A stretch of 64,000 nucleotides of DNA from Acidimicrobiia bacterium (GCA_965203555.1 CBDBCY010000004.1:2752001-2816000); one strand, 5' to 3'; shown: positions 19,328 through 29,433, numbered from the stretch's first letter. The notes: a model not told the origin generated them from the sequence alone. Numbers and translations are program-made.

Positions 19328-22300
19328 TCACTGTTGTCCCATATAGTGCCTTGTTAGGCAGTGCATGATCTGCTCACCGCGGTTGCTTAGTTTGTTGATG
19401 GCATCCGAGGAAAGGCCATAGAACCTTGTTTTGTAATTCACGACGTGACTGCGTGGAATCAGATCAGGTACAGGAATCGGTAGTCTGCTGTCGTCCATGC
19501 CCAGCATGGCTATTACGAATCCTTTCAATCCAGCAGGTGAGCCAACGGTGTCGAACAACCGGCTTCTCTCCAATGACCGCGCCCGACGGTACATCGAGTC
19601 AATGGATCTGCGCATTCTGCCTGTCCACCAATATGGACGGTCCGACCCTTCGAAGAGACCTTCATCGGCATCGCAAGCGATAATCCAATCAACTTCTTGA
19701 ACGTTTGTGCTGATTTTCGCTGACCGGCCTGGCATTAGACAGGAGATGCCCAGATTGTCGAATAACCCACCGTCGGACAGAATGACCCTCCGTCGATGCT
19801 CATTCCCGTTTTTTTCGATAAACGTTTTCGTGAAGTCCATAGCGGGGAAGAACGCTGGATGTGCAGCCGAGCAAGCAACCGCTTGTGTTACAGGAACCTT
19901 GTTGTCTTTAACGACGCCGTAACGCCAGGATCCGCTCTCAAGGTTTCCGAAGCGGAACGCTGACCCTGTTCGGAGATCACAGGCGTTGAGCACTACCGCA
20001 AGACCTTCACGAGTCACATCCGCCATCAAACGTTCACCGAACATGCCTTCAAGAGCGGATTGGAGAGCATGCGTCCGGCTTGTTCGCCGGGTCAGTGGGC
20101 CACCTGGACCGAGGAATAGGTTAGGAAGGCTTAACACCCCAGCGGTGATTGTCGTTGCCGCGCTTTGCAGGCGGTGCGATGGCCGCAACCATCGGCCGAG
20201 CACTTTCCTGAATAGACCTCGGCGCAATAACTCCATGATGTGAGCATCAAACTCGGGAAAAGTCATGTCGCTGTACGCCCAGAGGGCCGCTACCAGTGAA
20301 CCGGCTGAAACACCGGACACGACGCTCACCTGTTCCAGCAGGCCACGGTCGTGCAAGGCCCGAAGACAGCCCAGGTGGAAAGCTACAGCCCGCAGGCCGC
20401 CACCTGATAACGCAAGGCCGATACGGCCATATGTCGGAGTGGCGCTCTTAACCGGTTGTGCGATGGCTGAAGGCCACCGTTCGGTCTTGCGGTCACACAG
20501 GTAAGCGTTCCACGCTGTTCCCGTCGGACATCCACCAACAACGACCAGCAGTTGTTGGTGTTGTGGCGGTTCGTCATGGTGGACAATCGACATCATCCCT
20601 TTTAGGTCCGTAGGGCTTGCATTGGGGCTGCCATCGGGGTGAGTGTGCCACATGCCTATGGGCCGATGGGTTCCTTGGCTCAGGATGGCTAAGGCATCTG
20701 AGATCGAGCGGGATCCCTCTTTGCCACATGTGAATCCCGTTGAACTGGCCACACTGTCGGGCGGGGGACCAATGGCGGTGGTAACCGTTATGGTGCGAGT
20801 AGCGTTGTCGATTTCTCCAAAAAGCAACCCGCCCGTTTCGGCTCCAGCAGAGTGACGATGGCTCCTACGAATACTGGTCATTATTTCGTGCATGGCCGGT
20901 GGGTCGATGTTGACCGTGTAATCATGAACCGCGTCTTTCAGCCTTGTTGGACTGGAAAAGTGCAAAGACCGACTGACGGCGGTCTTCCTTTCGTTCGGAA
21001 CACCTAGTTCAACAAGGGTGGCTGTTGCCTCCGTTCCGGTGTGTAGTGCTGTGGCGGCTTCCCGAGCCAGGTAGGCCACGACTGCGGCAATGTCTGCATT
21101 TGCTCCAATGAAGGTTGGCGATGAGCATCCTGGTTCTGGCGAGAAGAGGTCGGTACGGGGGGGATCGGGCCAGAACTCTTGTGCAAAGGAATGCAGCCGA
21201 GGGTCAGCAAGGCAGGCAAGTTTGGTTCGCTGTCTTATCCAGGATGTGCCACCTCGCCCCGTGGGGGGTGCCACGGTCAAGAAGCCGCGGTTGGCCTGAT
21301 GGCCCAACAACATAGACATGAGCCACGGCTTCTTATCACGATCCCTTACAGCCAGTTCGAACCGCTTTGCCACGGTTGTGTTGGCTGTGGCATCTATCAC
21401 AATGTCGGCATCCCAAAGCGAACCATCTTGTTCACCCACCAATGGCAGGGCATCGCCATCATGCGTTTTGACCCTCTGTTCGAGTTCCGGTCGGATTCTG
21501 ACAAGTCGTTCCCGCAGAGCCTCCACCTTGGGTCGGCCTACGTCGGCGTGGTCGAATGACTGCCGAGAGAGGTGTCCTATCCGAACTCTGCCTCGATCAA
21601 TGAGGGTTAGCTCTTTGACTCCCACACGAGTTAGGTGTTCCGCAAGGTGGCTGCCTATGGCTCCACACCCCAACAAGGTGACCGTTTGACTAGCGAAGGT
21701 GGCCATCACTGACTTTGCATCCCGTCGCGTGGTTACCTCGGGCCGTGCTTCGTCTACGGGACACCATGAGAGTTTGACATCTCTGGACCAAGCTGTCATC
21801 TGGGAAGGAGGCTTACCATCTTCCGACAAAAGATCGTTGATGTTGCCCTTTAGCGGTACTGTGTTCCGCAACCGTATGACGTTCTTGGCGCTGATGTGCC
21901 ATGCTGCCAGATGTTGCCGCTCATCAACACCACGTAGGCCTCGCATGGGGGTGCCGATTATCACAAACAACGGCGTCCCCCTTTTGTTGTAATGCGCCGT
22001 AACGCGAAGCAACCACAGGAACCGTTTGAGAGGGAGGCCATGCTTGTCTAGTTCCGACAGCAAGCCGTCGAGGGAATCGGGGAAGTCGTATGGAAAGGGA
22101 AGGTGGGAAAGCACGACAGCGGCCTTGTACACATCAAGGTTCTTCCATTCCCCCGCAAGTGGGATCCATCGAGTTAGTTTCACCAGGTGATCCGCATGTC
22201 TCTCAATCGCCGCGAACCCCAACCAGGGTTCGTTATCGGGTATGGGGGTGTTGACCCTAGGAACTACGGTGGGGAGACCCTCTGACTCCAGCACTACCGG

Positions 22301-22720
22301 CGGATGCACGGCGGCCGCGATGGGAGCGAGGGTGTCTTGTGCTGCTCGCTCCAGCCATTCCACCAGTCGTTCAAGGAAGCCGTGCATGCCATCGCTGGGG
22401 TTCCACTCGATATCAGGTGCCAAGTACAGGCAAAGCAAGCCCCAGTTGACATGGCGATGCCCAGCCCACCGATCATGCGTCACGCACACCGTGGGGATCT
22501 TCCACGGAAACTCCTGGGGGATGAAGATGGCGATTTCTTCACGGGATCGGAGGGGGATGCCACGCTCAGACGATGGGAAGCGGGTATCAATCGAGACCAG
22601 AACGGGCCATCCTAGGTAACTGTTGGAAACCGCCTGGTTAAAGGAGATCTCGATGCTGTCACCCGCAGCCTCTATTCGTTGGAGCTCCTCAAGAGCCTGG
22701 CGTTGTCCCTCGCTTAACAC
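19328..22720 (-). CDS. E2 (UBC-like)-E1 (ThiF)-JAB isopeptidase-patatin phospholipase fusion
   Basis: E2: FPWKIP..HVNWGLLCLY. E1: GCGAIGS..IDRG..LSRQ, DATAN, EPGCSSPTF. JAB: ETGGLLFG..GMWHTHP..SPTD. Patatin: LSGGGLRA, GVSAG, DGG. Confidence 0.9.
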   Translation of the reverse strand: MLSEGQRQALEELQRIEAAGDSIEISFNQAVSNSYLGWPVLVSIDTRFPSSERGIPLRSREEIAIFIPQEFPWKIPTVCVTHDRWAGHRHVNWGLLCLYLAPDIEWNPSDGMHGFLERLVEWLERAAQDTLAPIAAAVHPPVVLESEGLPTVVPRVNTPIPDNEPWLGFAAIERHADHLVKLTRWIPLAGEWKNLDVYKAAVVLSHLPFPYDFPDSLDGLLSELDKHGLPLKRFLWLLRVTAHYNKRGTPLFVIIGTPMRGLRGVDERQHLAAWHISAKNVIRLRNTVPLKGNINDLLSEDGKPPSQMTAWSRDVKLSWCPVDEARPEVTTRRDAKSVMATFASQTVTLLGCGAIGSHLAEHLTRVGVKELTLIDRGRVRIGHLSRQSFDHADVGRPKVEALRERLVRIRPELEQRVKTHDGDALPLVGEQDGSLWDADIVIDATANTTVAKRFELAVRDRDKKPWLMSMLLGHQANRGFLTVAPPTGRGGTSWIRQRTKLACLADPRLHSFAQEFWPDPPRTDLFSPEPGCSSPTFIGANADIAAVVAYLAREAATALHTGTEATATLVELGVPNERKTAVSRSLHFSSPTRLKDAVHDYTVNIDPPAMHEIMTSIRRSHRHSAGAETGGLLFGEIDNATRTITVTTAIGPPPDSVASSTGFTCGKEGSRSISDALAILSQGTHRPIGMWHTHPDGSPNASPTDLKGMMSIVHHDEPPQHQQLLVVVGGCPTGTAWNAYLCDRKTERWPSAIAQPVKSATPTYGRIGLALSGGGLRAVAFHLGCLRALHDRGLLEQVSVVSGVSAGSLVAALWAYSDMTFPEFDAHIMELLRRGLFRKVLGRWLRPSHRLQSAATTITAGVLSLPNLFLGPGGPLTRRTSRTHALQSALEGMFGERLMADVTREGLAVVLNACDLRTGSAFRFGNLESGSWRYGVVKDNKVPVTQAVACSAAHPAFFPAMDFTKTFIEKNGNEHRRRVILSDGGLFDNLGISCLMPGRSAKISTNVQEVDWIIACDADEGLFEGSDRPYWWTGRMRRSIDSMYRRARSLERSRLFDTVGSPAGLKGFVIAMLGMDDSRLPIPVPDLIPRSHVVNYKTRFYGLSSDAINKLSNRGEQIMHCLTRHYMGQQ

Positions 22721-22751
22721 CTTCCAAAACCAACGGGATTAACCACTGGTC

Positions 22752-23861
22752 TCAGACTGCCCCTGCTCTTTTCAACCTGCTCTTTTGCTCCCGACCCCCT
22801 GGTTCAGTGCCTAGGAACGAAACGCCCGTGTGGTCCACTTCGAAAATGATGGGCGTGGGGTTCGCCACGTCTGGATGTTCACCCGTGCATAGGAACGTTT
22901 CGCATCTTTCCTGGTATCGGTTCTTTGCTTTGGCATGCGGGGGGTTGTCGCCGTCGCTGTTCTTGCCTGGTATCTGCTCCGAACTTGACACAGCCCAGCC
23001 AAGGTCGGCCTTCGCCTCCTCTAGCAGATCCAAAACGTCTCTACGCAGAAGATCTCGACCGTTGACTCGCTCATACATCACTGTTTTCGAACAGTGATGT
23101 GGCGCAAGCAAGACATCCCACTTCTTGTCGTTGACATCCGCAGTTGCTTCAAGGAGCCTCTTGACCGGTTCATAATCCAGATCGCCCAGCAACAGAGCCC
23201 GTCCCTCCCCAGCTCCGCACTTCACCGTGACCTGCAAACCTATGCTCGTCCGGTTCCGCTTGTCGCTTTCCATATCGTCTTTGAAGGGAGAGTGGACAAA
23301 GAGCCGCAGGTCTTTCGCCAGGAACCGCCCATCCACCTTCGTCACTTCGGAACCTGGTGCAGATACCACCGCGCTATCGAGGTGTGCAAAGTCGCCCTCC
23401 AACGATTCGTGGTACCCGACCACTCGAAACCTGTTACCACTTAATGGGTCAATACCCGTCCGGTACTTCTCCAAGCGCCGCATGGCCTCATCCCGCAACG
23501 CCTTCGCATCGTCAGCCAATTGGTCAGAATCTTCCGCGTCGATATCGGCAACCAACCGCGGGGTGAACCACAGTTCCCCAATCTCAACCCTTTCCACAAG
23601 ATCCTGGAATCCACTACAGTGATCCAAGTCATGATGTGTCGCTACATACGCGGCGAGATACGGACGGCCCATCCTCCGAGGAAGCAACTCGACAAGTTCG
23701 TCAACCACCGGATACCGAGGGTCATCGGAACTGTCGGCGGCCTTGACGTGGTTGATGTCAACCTGGAGTATGACATCCTCAGAAACAAGAATGGTTGTGC
23801 TGTCCCCAGTGCCCACGGGCCAAAAGACGAAACCCTTCGTTGGCAGATCACTTCTAAGCAT
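22752..23861 (-). CDS. ComEC-like metallo-beta-lactamase-fold hydrolase; C-terminus probably frameshifted (restored stop 22714)
   Basis: PVGTGDS, THHDLDHCSG, LLLGD, APHHCS. GAGGAGGAGG RBS precedes ATG 23861. Confidence 0.88.
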   Translation of the reverse strand: MLRSDLPTKGFVFWPVGTGDSTTILVSEDVILQVDINHVKAADSSDDPRYPVVDELVELLPRRMGRPYLAAYVATHHDLDHCSGFQDLVERVEIGELWFTPRLVADIDAEDSDQLADDAKALRDEAMRRLEKYRTGIDPLSGNRFRVVGYHESLEGDFAHLDSAVVSAPGSEVTKVDGRFLAKDLRLFVHSPFKDDMESDKRNRTSIGLQVTVKCGAGEGRALLLGDLDYEPVKRLLEATADVNDKKWDVLLAPHHCSKTVMYERVNGRDLLRRDVLDLLEEAKADLGWAVSSSEQIPGKNSDGDNPPHAKAKNRYQERCETFLCTGEHPDVANPTPIIFEVDHTGVSFLGTEPGGREQKSRLKRAGAV

Positions 23862-24101
23862 TAATGTCCTCCTCCTCTTACCGAGATGATGGTTCCCACA
23901 GACCGAGAACCGAAGTGCCAATAGGACTCTACAACGAAAGATGCCTGACAGGGGGCATTTATTCTCTGAGGTGCTCCTGCTGCTACCTGGTCTTGGCATC
24001 AGTGACCCGGAGTGCCGGTCAACTAGGAGGCGGTGCCCACGGCAACCCCATATTCCAGTCAATGAGCTCTTGCAGGGCCCCTAACTTCCTAACAGTGCTT
24101 C

Positions 24102-24192
24102 AATCGTGGTGTCCCCCCTGTGTTGATCGTGGTGTCCTCCGCAAAACCCCCCGCTTAGGCGCAGGTCAGGGGTGGTGGCAAACACGCCACCA
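24102..24192 (+). repeat. ~90-bp dispersed element, copy 2
   Basis: AATCGTGGTGTCC..GATCGTGGTGTCC, GCAGGTCAGGGG, TGGTGGC/GCCACCA hairpin. Confidence 0.8.
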
Positions 24193-24384
24193 AAGATATG
24201 TTGGCGATTTAGCCGGCCCGGCGAAGTTCTGGGGGGAACCTCAAGAAAGGAGATGAACTCTTTCCTTAGCCCGTCGCCGGATGCGTGTCACAGTGGGGGT
24301 TGGTCGGGTGGCATTTCCGTGTCGACTGGCGTCGGCGGGCTGCCTTATTGTTGGCAGTGTTCGTAGCGGCTGTATTCCCTGGGA

Positions 24385-24805
24385 CCCGAATGTGGCGGGT
24401 TGGTGTGTTGACCTGGGGTTTTGTGTTGTGAGGGGCTGGTTCCGTAGGGATTTGTAGTGGCGACAATGAGTTGGCGGAATGGGGTTCAGGCTGCTGGTGG
24501 GGTATGTTCGTTAAGACAACCCGCCGTCGAAGGGGCGACAAGGTGTACGAGTACCTGTTGTTGGTGGAAATGGGTACGCAAAGGAACAAAAAACCGGTCA
24601 CCGGACCCTGTTACGCCTGGGAAAAGGTCACCGCTCTGCGCGAAACCGGACAACTGGGACGCATCATCGCGGCGTTGGAACGCCACCTGCACAAAGAACG
24701 CGTCGACATCGACGCGTTGGCGGCCGAACAGGCACCGCCAGCGGGAGGGGCAGCAGCCACAGCAGCGGGGTGGGACCAACTGGGTCTCGGTGGGTTCTTC
24801 TCCGA
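24385..24805 (+). mobile_element. IS1634 5' remnant
   Basis: IR variant CCCGAATGTGGCGGGT and degenerate MFVKTTRRRRGDKVYEYL...WDQLGLGGFFS, cut off by copy B. Confidence 0.85.
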
Positions 24806-26740
24806 CCGGAATTTGGCGGGTGGTTTGGTGTTTTACCAGGTCAGGGGGCATGCGCGTGGATAGTGTTTCCACTACATTCGGTGATTTGGACCCTTTTAGG
24901 GTTGGGTGATGGTGGCTTTGTCCCAGGTGCGGGTGTCGACTCCGATGGCGGCGAGGGTCCGGGCTTGGAGGGGGGTGCGTCGGGTGGTGAGCGTGATCCG
25001 GTGCTTGTTGCTGGTCAGTGTCACGCGGCGGATGCGGTTGAGCATTCTCAGTGCCCGCGCGGCGGTGAGGTGTTGGTGGTCGAGGTCAGGATCTCGGATG
25101 TCGGCTGCGGTGAGAGCGCGGGTGATGAGCGTTTCCAACAGGGCGGCGTAGACGCAGACGGCTACGTGTCCGCGGACTCGCTGTTCGGTCCAGTGTCGTA
25201 TTGGTCGTAGTCGCAGGAAGTCTTTGAGCACCCGAAAGCGGGTCTCGACCTTTTGCAATTGGCGGTAGGCGGCCACGACTTCGGTGGTGTCGGCTTGCGA
25301 GCGGGTGAGCCTGGTGGTCAGCACGTAGCGACCCGCCAGCAGCTTCTCATAGGCCTGAGCCTCTTCGTTGTAGTGGTAGACGAAGCGACATGGGCCGATC
25401 TCCAGATCGAACAACCGCCCCACCCGACCTGTGTTGAGGATTCGTTGGGCGGCTCTTCCGATCTTGGCGGGGTCTTTCACCCGGCCCGAGCGGACGCGGT
25501 GTTCCAACGCCAACAACCGGGTTTCAGCTGTGGTGATGATCTCGGCGGTGCGTCGCGTGTCCCGACCAGCCCGAGCGTCGGACTCGACCACCACCGCGCG
25601 GGTCCCGTCCTCCAGGGTGACATCTGTGGCTCTGCTGCCGGGTTGGGGCAACTCCACCCATACCGTGTTCTCGTCTACAGCGGCCAACGCTTCGGCGGTG
25701 AGCGGGTCGCGGCGTAGTCTGGTGGCCAACAGATGATCGAACCCGGCTTGGGTGACTGTTTCCAGGTTGGAAGCTGACATGAGACCCCGGTCGGTGACCA
25801 CGCAGATCCTGCCCACCGCGAACCGCTTGGCCAGGTCATCCAACACGTCCGTTAGGGTGGAGGCGTCGTTGGTGTTCCCCGCGAAAACGTGATGGGCTAT
25901 AGGGATCCCGTCCGTGGTGTACAACAGACCGATCACGATCTGGGATCGATCCGAGCGATGATCCCGCGAGTACCCGAACATTCGCGACGGAAACGCGTCG
26001 GAGGGTCGGGTGGAACCTTCGAAATAGGTGGACGTCAGGTCATAGCACACCAGCCGCAGGTTTAGGTTGGTCAAATCGCACAACCGTCGATACAGATGCT
26101 CCTCGGTCTCCGCTTTGACATCGGCCACCGCGTCCAGGGCACGGTAATACTGGTCAAGCGACGGCGCCGACCACCAGGGCGGCATGACCACGCCATCGGT
26201 TGTCCATTCGGGCAGGCGACGTTCGGAACAGGGATCCATCAGCTGGTTGGCCACCATCGCGAACACGGCATGCTCCAAAGCCTCGGCGCCTATACCAGCA
26301 AAGAACTCGCCCAACCCCAGCTGGTCCCACACCGCCGCTGCGGCTGCTACGCCGCCCACTGCCGGCGCCTGCTCGGCCGCTAACGCGTCGATATCGACGC
26401 GTTCTTTGTGCAGGTGGCGTTCCAACGCTGCGATGATGCGTCCCAGTTGCCCGGTTTCTCGCAGAGCGGTGACTTCTCCCAGGCGTAAAAGGGTCCGGTG
26501 ACCGACTTTTGTTCCTTTGCGTACCGATTCCACCAGCGACAGATACTCGTATACCTTGTCGCCCCTTCGACGGCGGGTGGTCTTTACGAACATATCCCAC
26601 AATGCTAGCAGACCGCACCTTGTCCCACCAACACAATGTCGCCACTACAACACCTTGCAGAACCTGCCGCTCACAACACAAAACCTCAGGTCAACACACC
26701 AATCACCGTCCACCAAACCCCCTGACCCGCCAAATTCCGG
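24806..26740 (-). mobile_element. IS1634-family copy B (complete ends, no matching TSD)
   Basis: CCGGAATTTGGCGGGT at both ends; flanks TCCGA and CCAGA differ. Confidence 0.92.
24896..26593 (-). CDS. IS1634 transposase
   Basis: Intact ORF with YDLTSTYFEG, VTDRG, VETRFRVLK and LRPIRHW. Confidence 0.93.
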   Translation of the reverse strand: MFVKTTRRRRGDKVYEYLSLVESVRKGTKVGHRTLLRLGEVTALRETGQLGRIIAALERHLHKERVDIDALAAEQAPAVGGVAAAAAVWDQLGLGEFFAGIGAEALEHAVFAMVANQLMDPCSERRLPEWTTDGVVMPPWWSAPSLDQYYRALDAVADVKAETEEHLYRRLCDLTNLNLRLVCYDLTSTYFEGSTRPSDAFPSRMFGYSRDHRSDRSQIVIGLLYTTDGIPIAHHVFAGNTNDASTLTDVLDDLAKRFAVGRICVVTDRGLMSASNLETVTQAGFDHLLATRLRRDPLTAEALAAVDENTVWVELPQPGSRATDVTLEDGTRAVVVESDARAGRDTRRTAEIITTAETRLLALEHRVRSGRVKDPAKIGRAAQRILNTGRVGRLFDLEIGPCRFVYHYNEEAQAYEKLLAGRYVLTTRLTRSQADTTEVVAAYRQLQKVETRFRVLKDFLRLRPIRHWTEQRVRGHVAVCVYAALLETLITRALTAADIRDPDLDHQHLTAARALRMLNRIRRVTLTSNKHRITLTTRRTPLQARTLAAIGVDTRTWDKATITQP

Positions 26741-27176
26741 CCAGAGTCGATCACCAAATGAGAAGCCCTCATCTGATGGGCGTATGCCTGGGGGCACCGC
26801 GCTCGACGATGTACCGGGTGCTCTTTCCGCAGGGGGCCTGTCCCGCCTTTCCGCCCTGGACGGTACCACCAGTGTCCCCATCCGCTATGGCCTTGCCTAT
26901 CGCCTGAGCGAACAGTCATCGGTTGCAATCAGCATCGGTCGCGTCCCAAGGGGTTTCCCGAGTGATGTGTACATCAAGGGCCTCGACCTACTGGACTTTC
27001 CCAACATCTGAGTCTGAGTGATATGAACCGAATCAGCGTCATCCAAGGTGACTCCCACGAGGACACGGGCCGGTGTCGAAATGCAGCCAGGAGTCACTAA
27101 CCTGTCTATCCTGACCACTATCAAGCGCGACCGATTTGGTCAAGGGGTATTGAGAGCAGTTCCCTTAAGGACGGAT

Positions 27177-28112
27177 ATGAACACCTACCGGAGACTTACG
27201 GAACCCGCGTGGCAGGCCCTCTCAGAAGCCCTTTGCACCTACTTTTGGTTCAAGAAGGACTTTGAAACCTTGGTCCGTGTCCGCTTTTCTGAAGCCCCCG
27301 ATGCTCTGGCAGTGGTGAACTTCAATGAGACCAAACGCACTGCTACAGGCCAACTCATCGGGGCGCTACGACTCAAGGAGAATAAGTACCAGGAGGTGGT
27401 GATTGATGCGCTGGTGGCGTTAAACGAGTTTGATCCGGATTTTCACCATCTTGCTCGCCTCGATGGTGGCCCAAAGCTAGTAGCTAATGCCAGAGCCTCT
27501 CACAGAGCGGTCCGAGCCGTCGTTCAGCAGTACTCGGAACTCGTTGCGCAAAGGGAGGCGGCGCGCCGGGAGGCAAGAAATATCGCGGCCAAAGAGTCCG
27601 CTCTGCGACTGCATGAGAGTCGGCTTGTTGATCTCCATGGCGAGTTTATGAGAATGCATAAAATGGATGACGAACGCCATGAGCGAGGACGAATACTGGA
27701 AGGGTTTCTGAACAGCCTGTTCGAATTGTGGGATCTCTACCCCCGAGCGGCGTACTCAATCGAGCATGAGCAGATTGATGGCGCATTCACTCTTCGGACC
27801 GACGACTATATCCTCGAAGCACGATGGTGTTCAAAGACCCTTCAACCCAAGCACCTCAATAATTTCAGGATGAAAATAGACGGCAAGGCGCGAAATACCC
27901 TCGGTCTCTGCGTTGCAATTAACGGTTTCACCAAGGGGGCCATATCTAAGCACTCGGGTGGTCAAACGCCATTAGTGCTAATGGATGGCGCCGATCTCCT
28001 TCCAATCCTCGAGGGGCGTATCGCACTCGTTGAAGTTCTCCAAAGAAAGAGGAGGCATGCAGCAGAGACAGGGAACCCCATGTACCGGCCGTGGCAGAAC
28101 GACAAGGAATGA
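27177..28112 (+). CDS. Mrr-like restriction endonuclease with helical N-terminal domain
   Basis: RGRILEGFLNSLF, EQIDG, YILEARW, NGFT, LVLMDG. Confidence 0.8.
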   Translation: MNTYRRLTEPAWQALSEALCTYFWFKKDFETLVRVRFSEAPDALAVVNFNETKRTATGQLIGALRLKENKYQEVVIDALVALNEFDPDFHHLARLDGGPKLVANARASHRAVRAVVQQYSELVAQREAARREARNIAAKESALRLHESRLVDLHGEFMRMHKMDDERHERGRILEGFLNSLFELWDLYPRAAYSIEHEQIDGAFTLRTDDYILEARWCSKTLQPKHLNNFRMKIDGKARNTLGLCVAINGFTKGAISKHSGGQTPLVLMDGADLLPILEGRIALVEVLQRKRRHAAETGNPMYRPWQNDKE

Positions 28113-28228
28113 ACCTACCTGACGAGTCCGAGGAGTCCTCCCCGTAGACGCGCCCTCTCGCAACTCTGATGATTGGGAGGAGTTCCAGTGTAGCAGTCGG
28201 GCACACTGTGCTAGGAGGCGAACTATGA

Positions 28229-28294
28229 CCCGAATTTGGCGGGTGAATTGGTGTTTCCCCAGGTCAGAGGGCATGCGCGTGGACAGTGTTTCCA
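28229..28294 (-). mobile_element. IS1634 right-end remnant (66 bp)
   Basis: CCCGAATTTGGCGGGTG...GCATGCGCGTGGACAGTGTTTCCA matches the right ends of the full copies. Confidence 0.85.
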
Positions 28295-28602
28295 TTTCGG
28301 AAGGGCATACGAGTTCCAGCCCGTTTCTCCTAGCGAACATTCTCGCTGTTCCCCAGCCGGTCCGCTTGTTCCCGTCCACGAACGGGTGGATGAAGACGAT
28401 GCTGGCCGTGTAGCAGGCCGCTATCCGGGCCAGGTTCTCCATACCCTCGTAGTACCAGCGTCTCTGAGGCCTCGTTATGGCCTGCTCGAGAAGCCCTTGG
28501 TTGCGGATGCCGTGCCTGCCGCCGTGGTTCTCTATGGCAAGATCGTGGAAAGTCACCCATATGGTCGAGAACAACCCAGTTCGGCCCTTGCTTGTCCTCC
28601 AA
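28295..28602 (-). pseudogene. doc: Doc/Fic toxin, frameshifted and 3'-truncated
   Basis: HPFVDGNKRT and HD..IENHGG..GLLE motifs; extra G near 28557; 3' end replaced by the IS end. Confidence 0.85.
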
Positions 28603-28623
28603 TGGTGGCCCCCCTCTTGGGTG

Positions 28624-28800
28624 CTAGGCGTCAGCCAACATTTGGAGCAGTTCGCTGTCCTCCTCCAGTATCTCCCTGATCCATCGGCGGCTCTCTTCCT
28701 CGGTAGGAGGGGAGTCGCGCAGGGGAATGCCGTTGTCCACCCTGTATCGGAACTCTTCCTCGGATGTTCTGCCGTTCGAGCAGATCATGTCATTGCTCAT
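28624..28800 (-). CDS. putative antitoxin of Doc (58 aa)
   Basis: Manual ORF MSNDMIC...IREILEEDSELLQMLADA directly upstream of doc; C-terminal helix resembles Doc partners. Confidence 0.55.
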   Translation of the reverse strand: MSNDMICSNGRTSEEEFRYRVDNGIPLRDSPPTEEESRRWIREILEEDSELLQMLADA

Positions 28801-28993
28801 CGGTGGGGGCCTCGATCTCGGTTCCCGACATTATAGAGGCCGCTCTCGGCCCGTCGGGGAGCCGTTTCGGGGTCGGGAAGCGTGGCGTCTCCACCAGTGC
28901 GACTACCAAGATCCCCCAATCCGTCATCTCCCAAGGTGTCACAGGACAAAGGCCGCCACCTCTCAGACACGCCAGAAGATAAGCTGCAAGAGC

Positions 28994-29433
28994 ATGACAT
29001 CACGAGTCCGAGAGTCCACGGTTGACATGGACTGCTTGGTGACGGACATGATCAAGCGAGGCCCCTTCAACGTGCAACGACCTGCCGAACTGTCCAAGAT
29101 TCACTTCGAGCAACTCCGATCGATCCTTGCCAAAGTCATCGACATGTACACCCTTACGGGGATCTCGCGCCTTGGCAGCCGGGACCCCGGATTATGGACG
29201 GCGTTACCCTGGTCGAGTTGTTCAAACGCCGCGATTTCGAAGCTGCCGAGAGTTATCTCGCTATAGAGTCGGGTTTTCTACCTGCGTAACCACACTTTGA
29301 CAACGTCGTGTCGGCCTACGACGATGGGTTATTGAGGTACTGCACTCCCCAATCGCGGTGTCCTCCGCGAACCTTCGGCTACGCAGATCAAACGTGATGG
29401 ACCGACACCCCGTGATGACGTGTTGGCGGTTTA
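28994..29433 (+). pseudogene. decayed antitoxin plus RES-toxin start (paralog of 33151-33765)
   Basis: Frameshifted ORF ending RRDFEAAESYLAIESGFLPA* (29289), then RYCT.NRGVL, cut by IS3. Confidence 0.65.

Noticed and set aside
19328-24384. Calling the E2-E1-JAB-patatin locus CBASS or Pycsar
   Set aside because: No nucleotidyltransferase or cyclase gene is adjacent; the upstream gene is an MBL.
26741-27011. Orphan coding-like tail ending KGLDLLDFPNI*
   Set aside because: Probably a gene remnant cut by IS1634 copy B, but the family could not be recognised.
27978-28294. Long C-terminal extension of Doc
   Set aside because: Read-through into an IS1634 end and antisense to the Mrr-like gene.
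29351-29410. Apparent fourth copy of the ~90-bp element (AATCGCGGTGTCCTCCGC)
   Set aside because: Only one motif and no hairpin; better explained as the decayed RES coding start RYCT.NRGVL.
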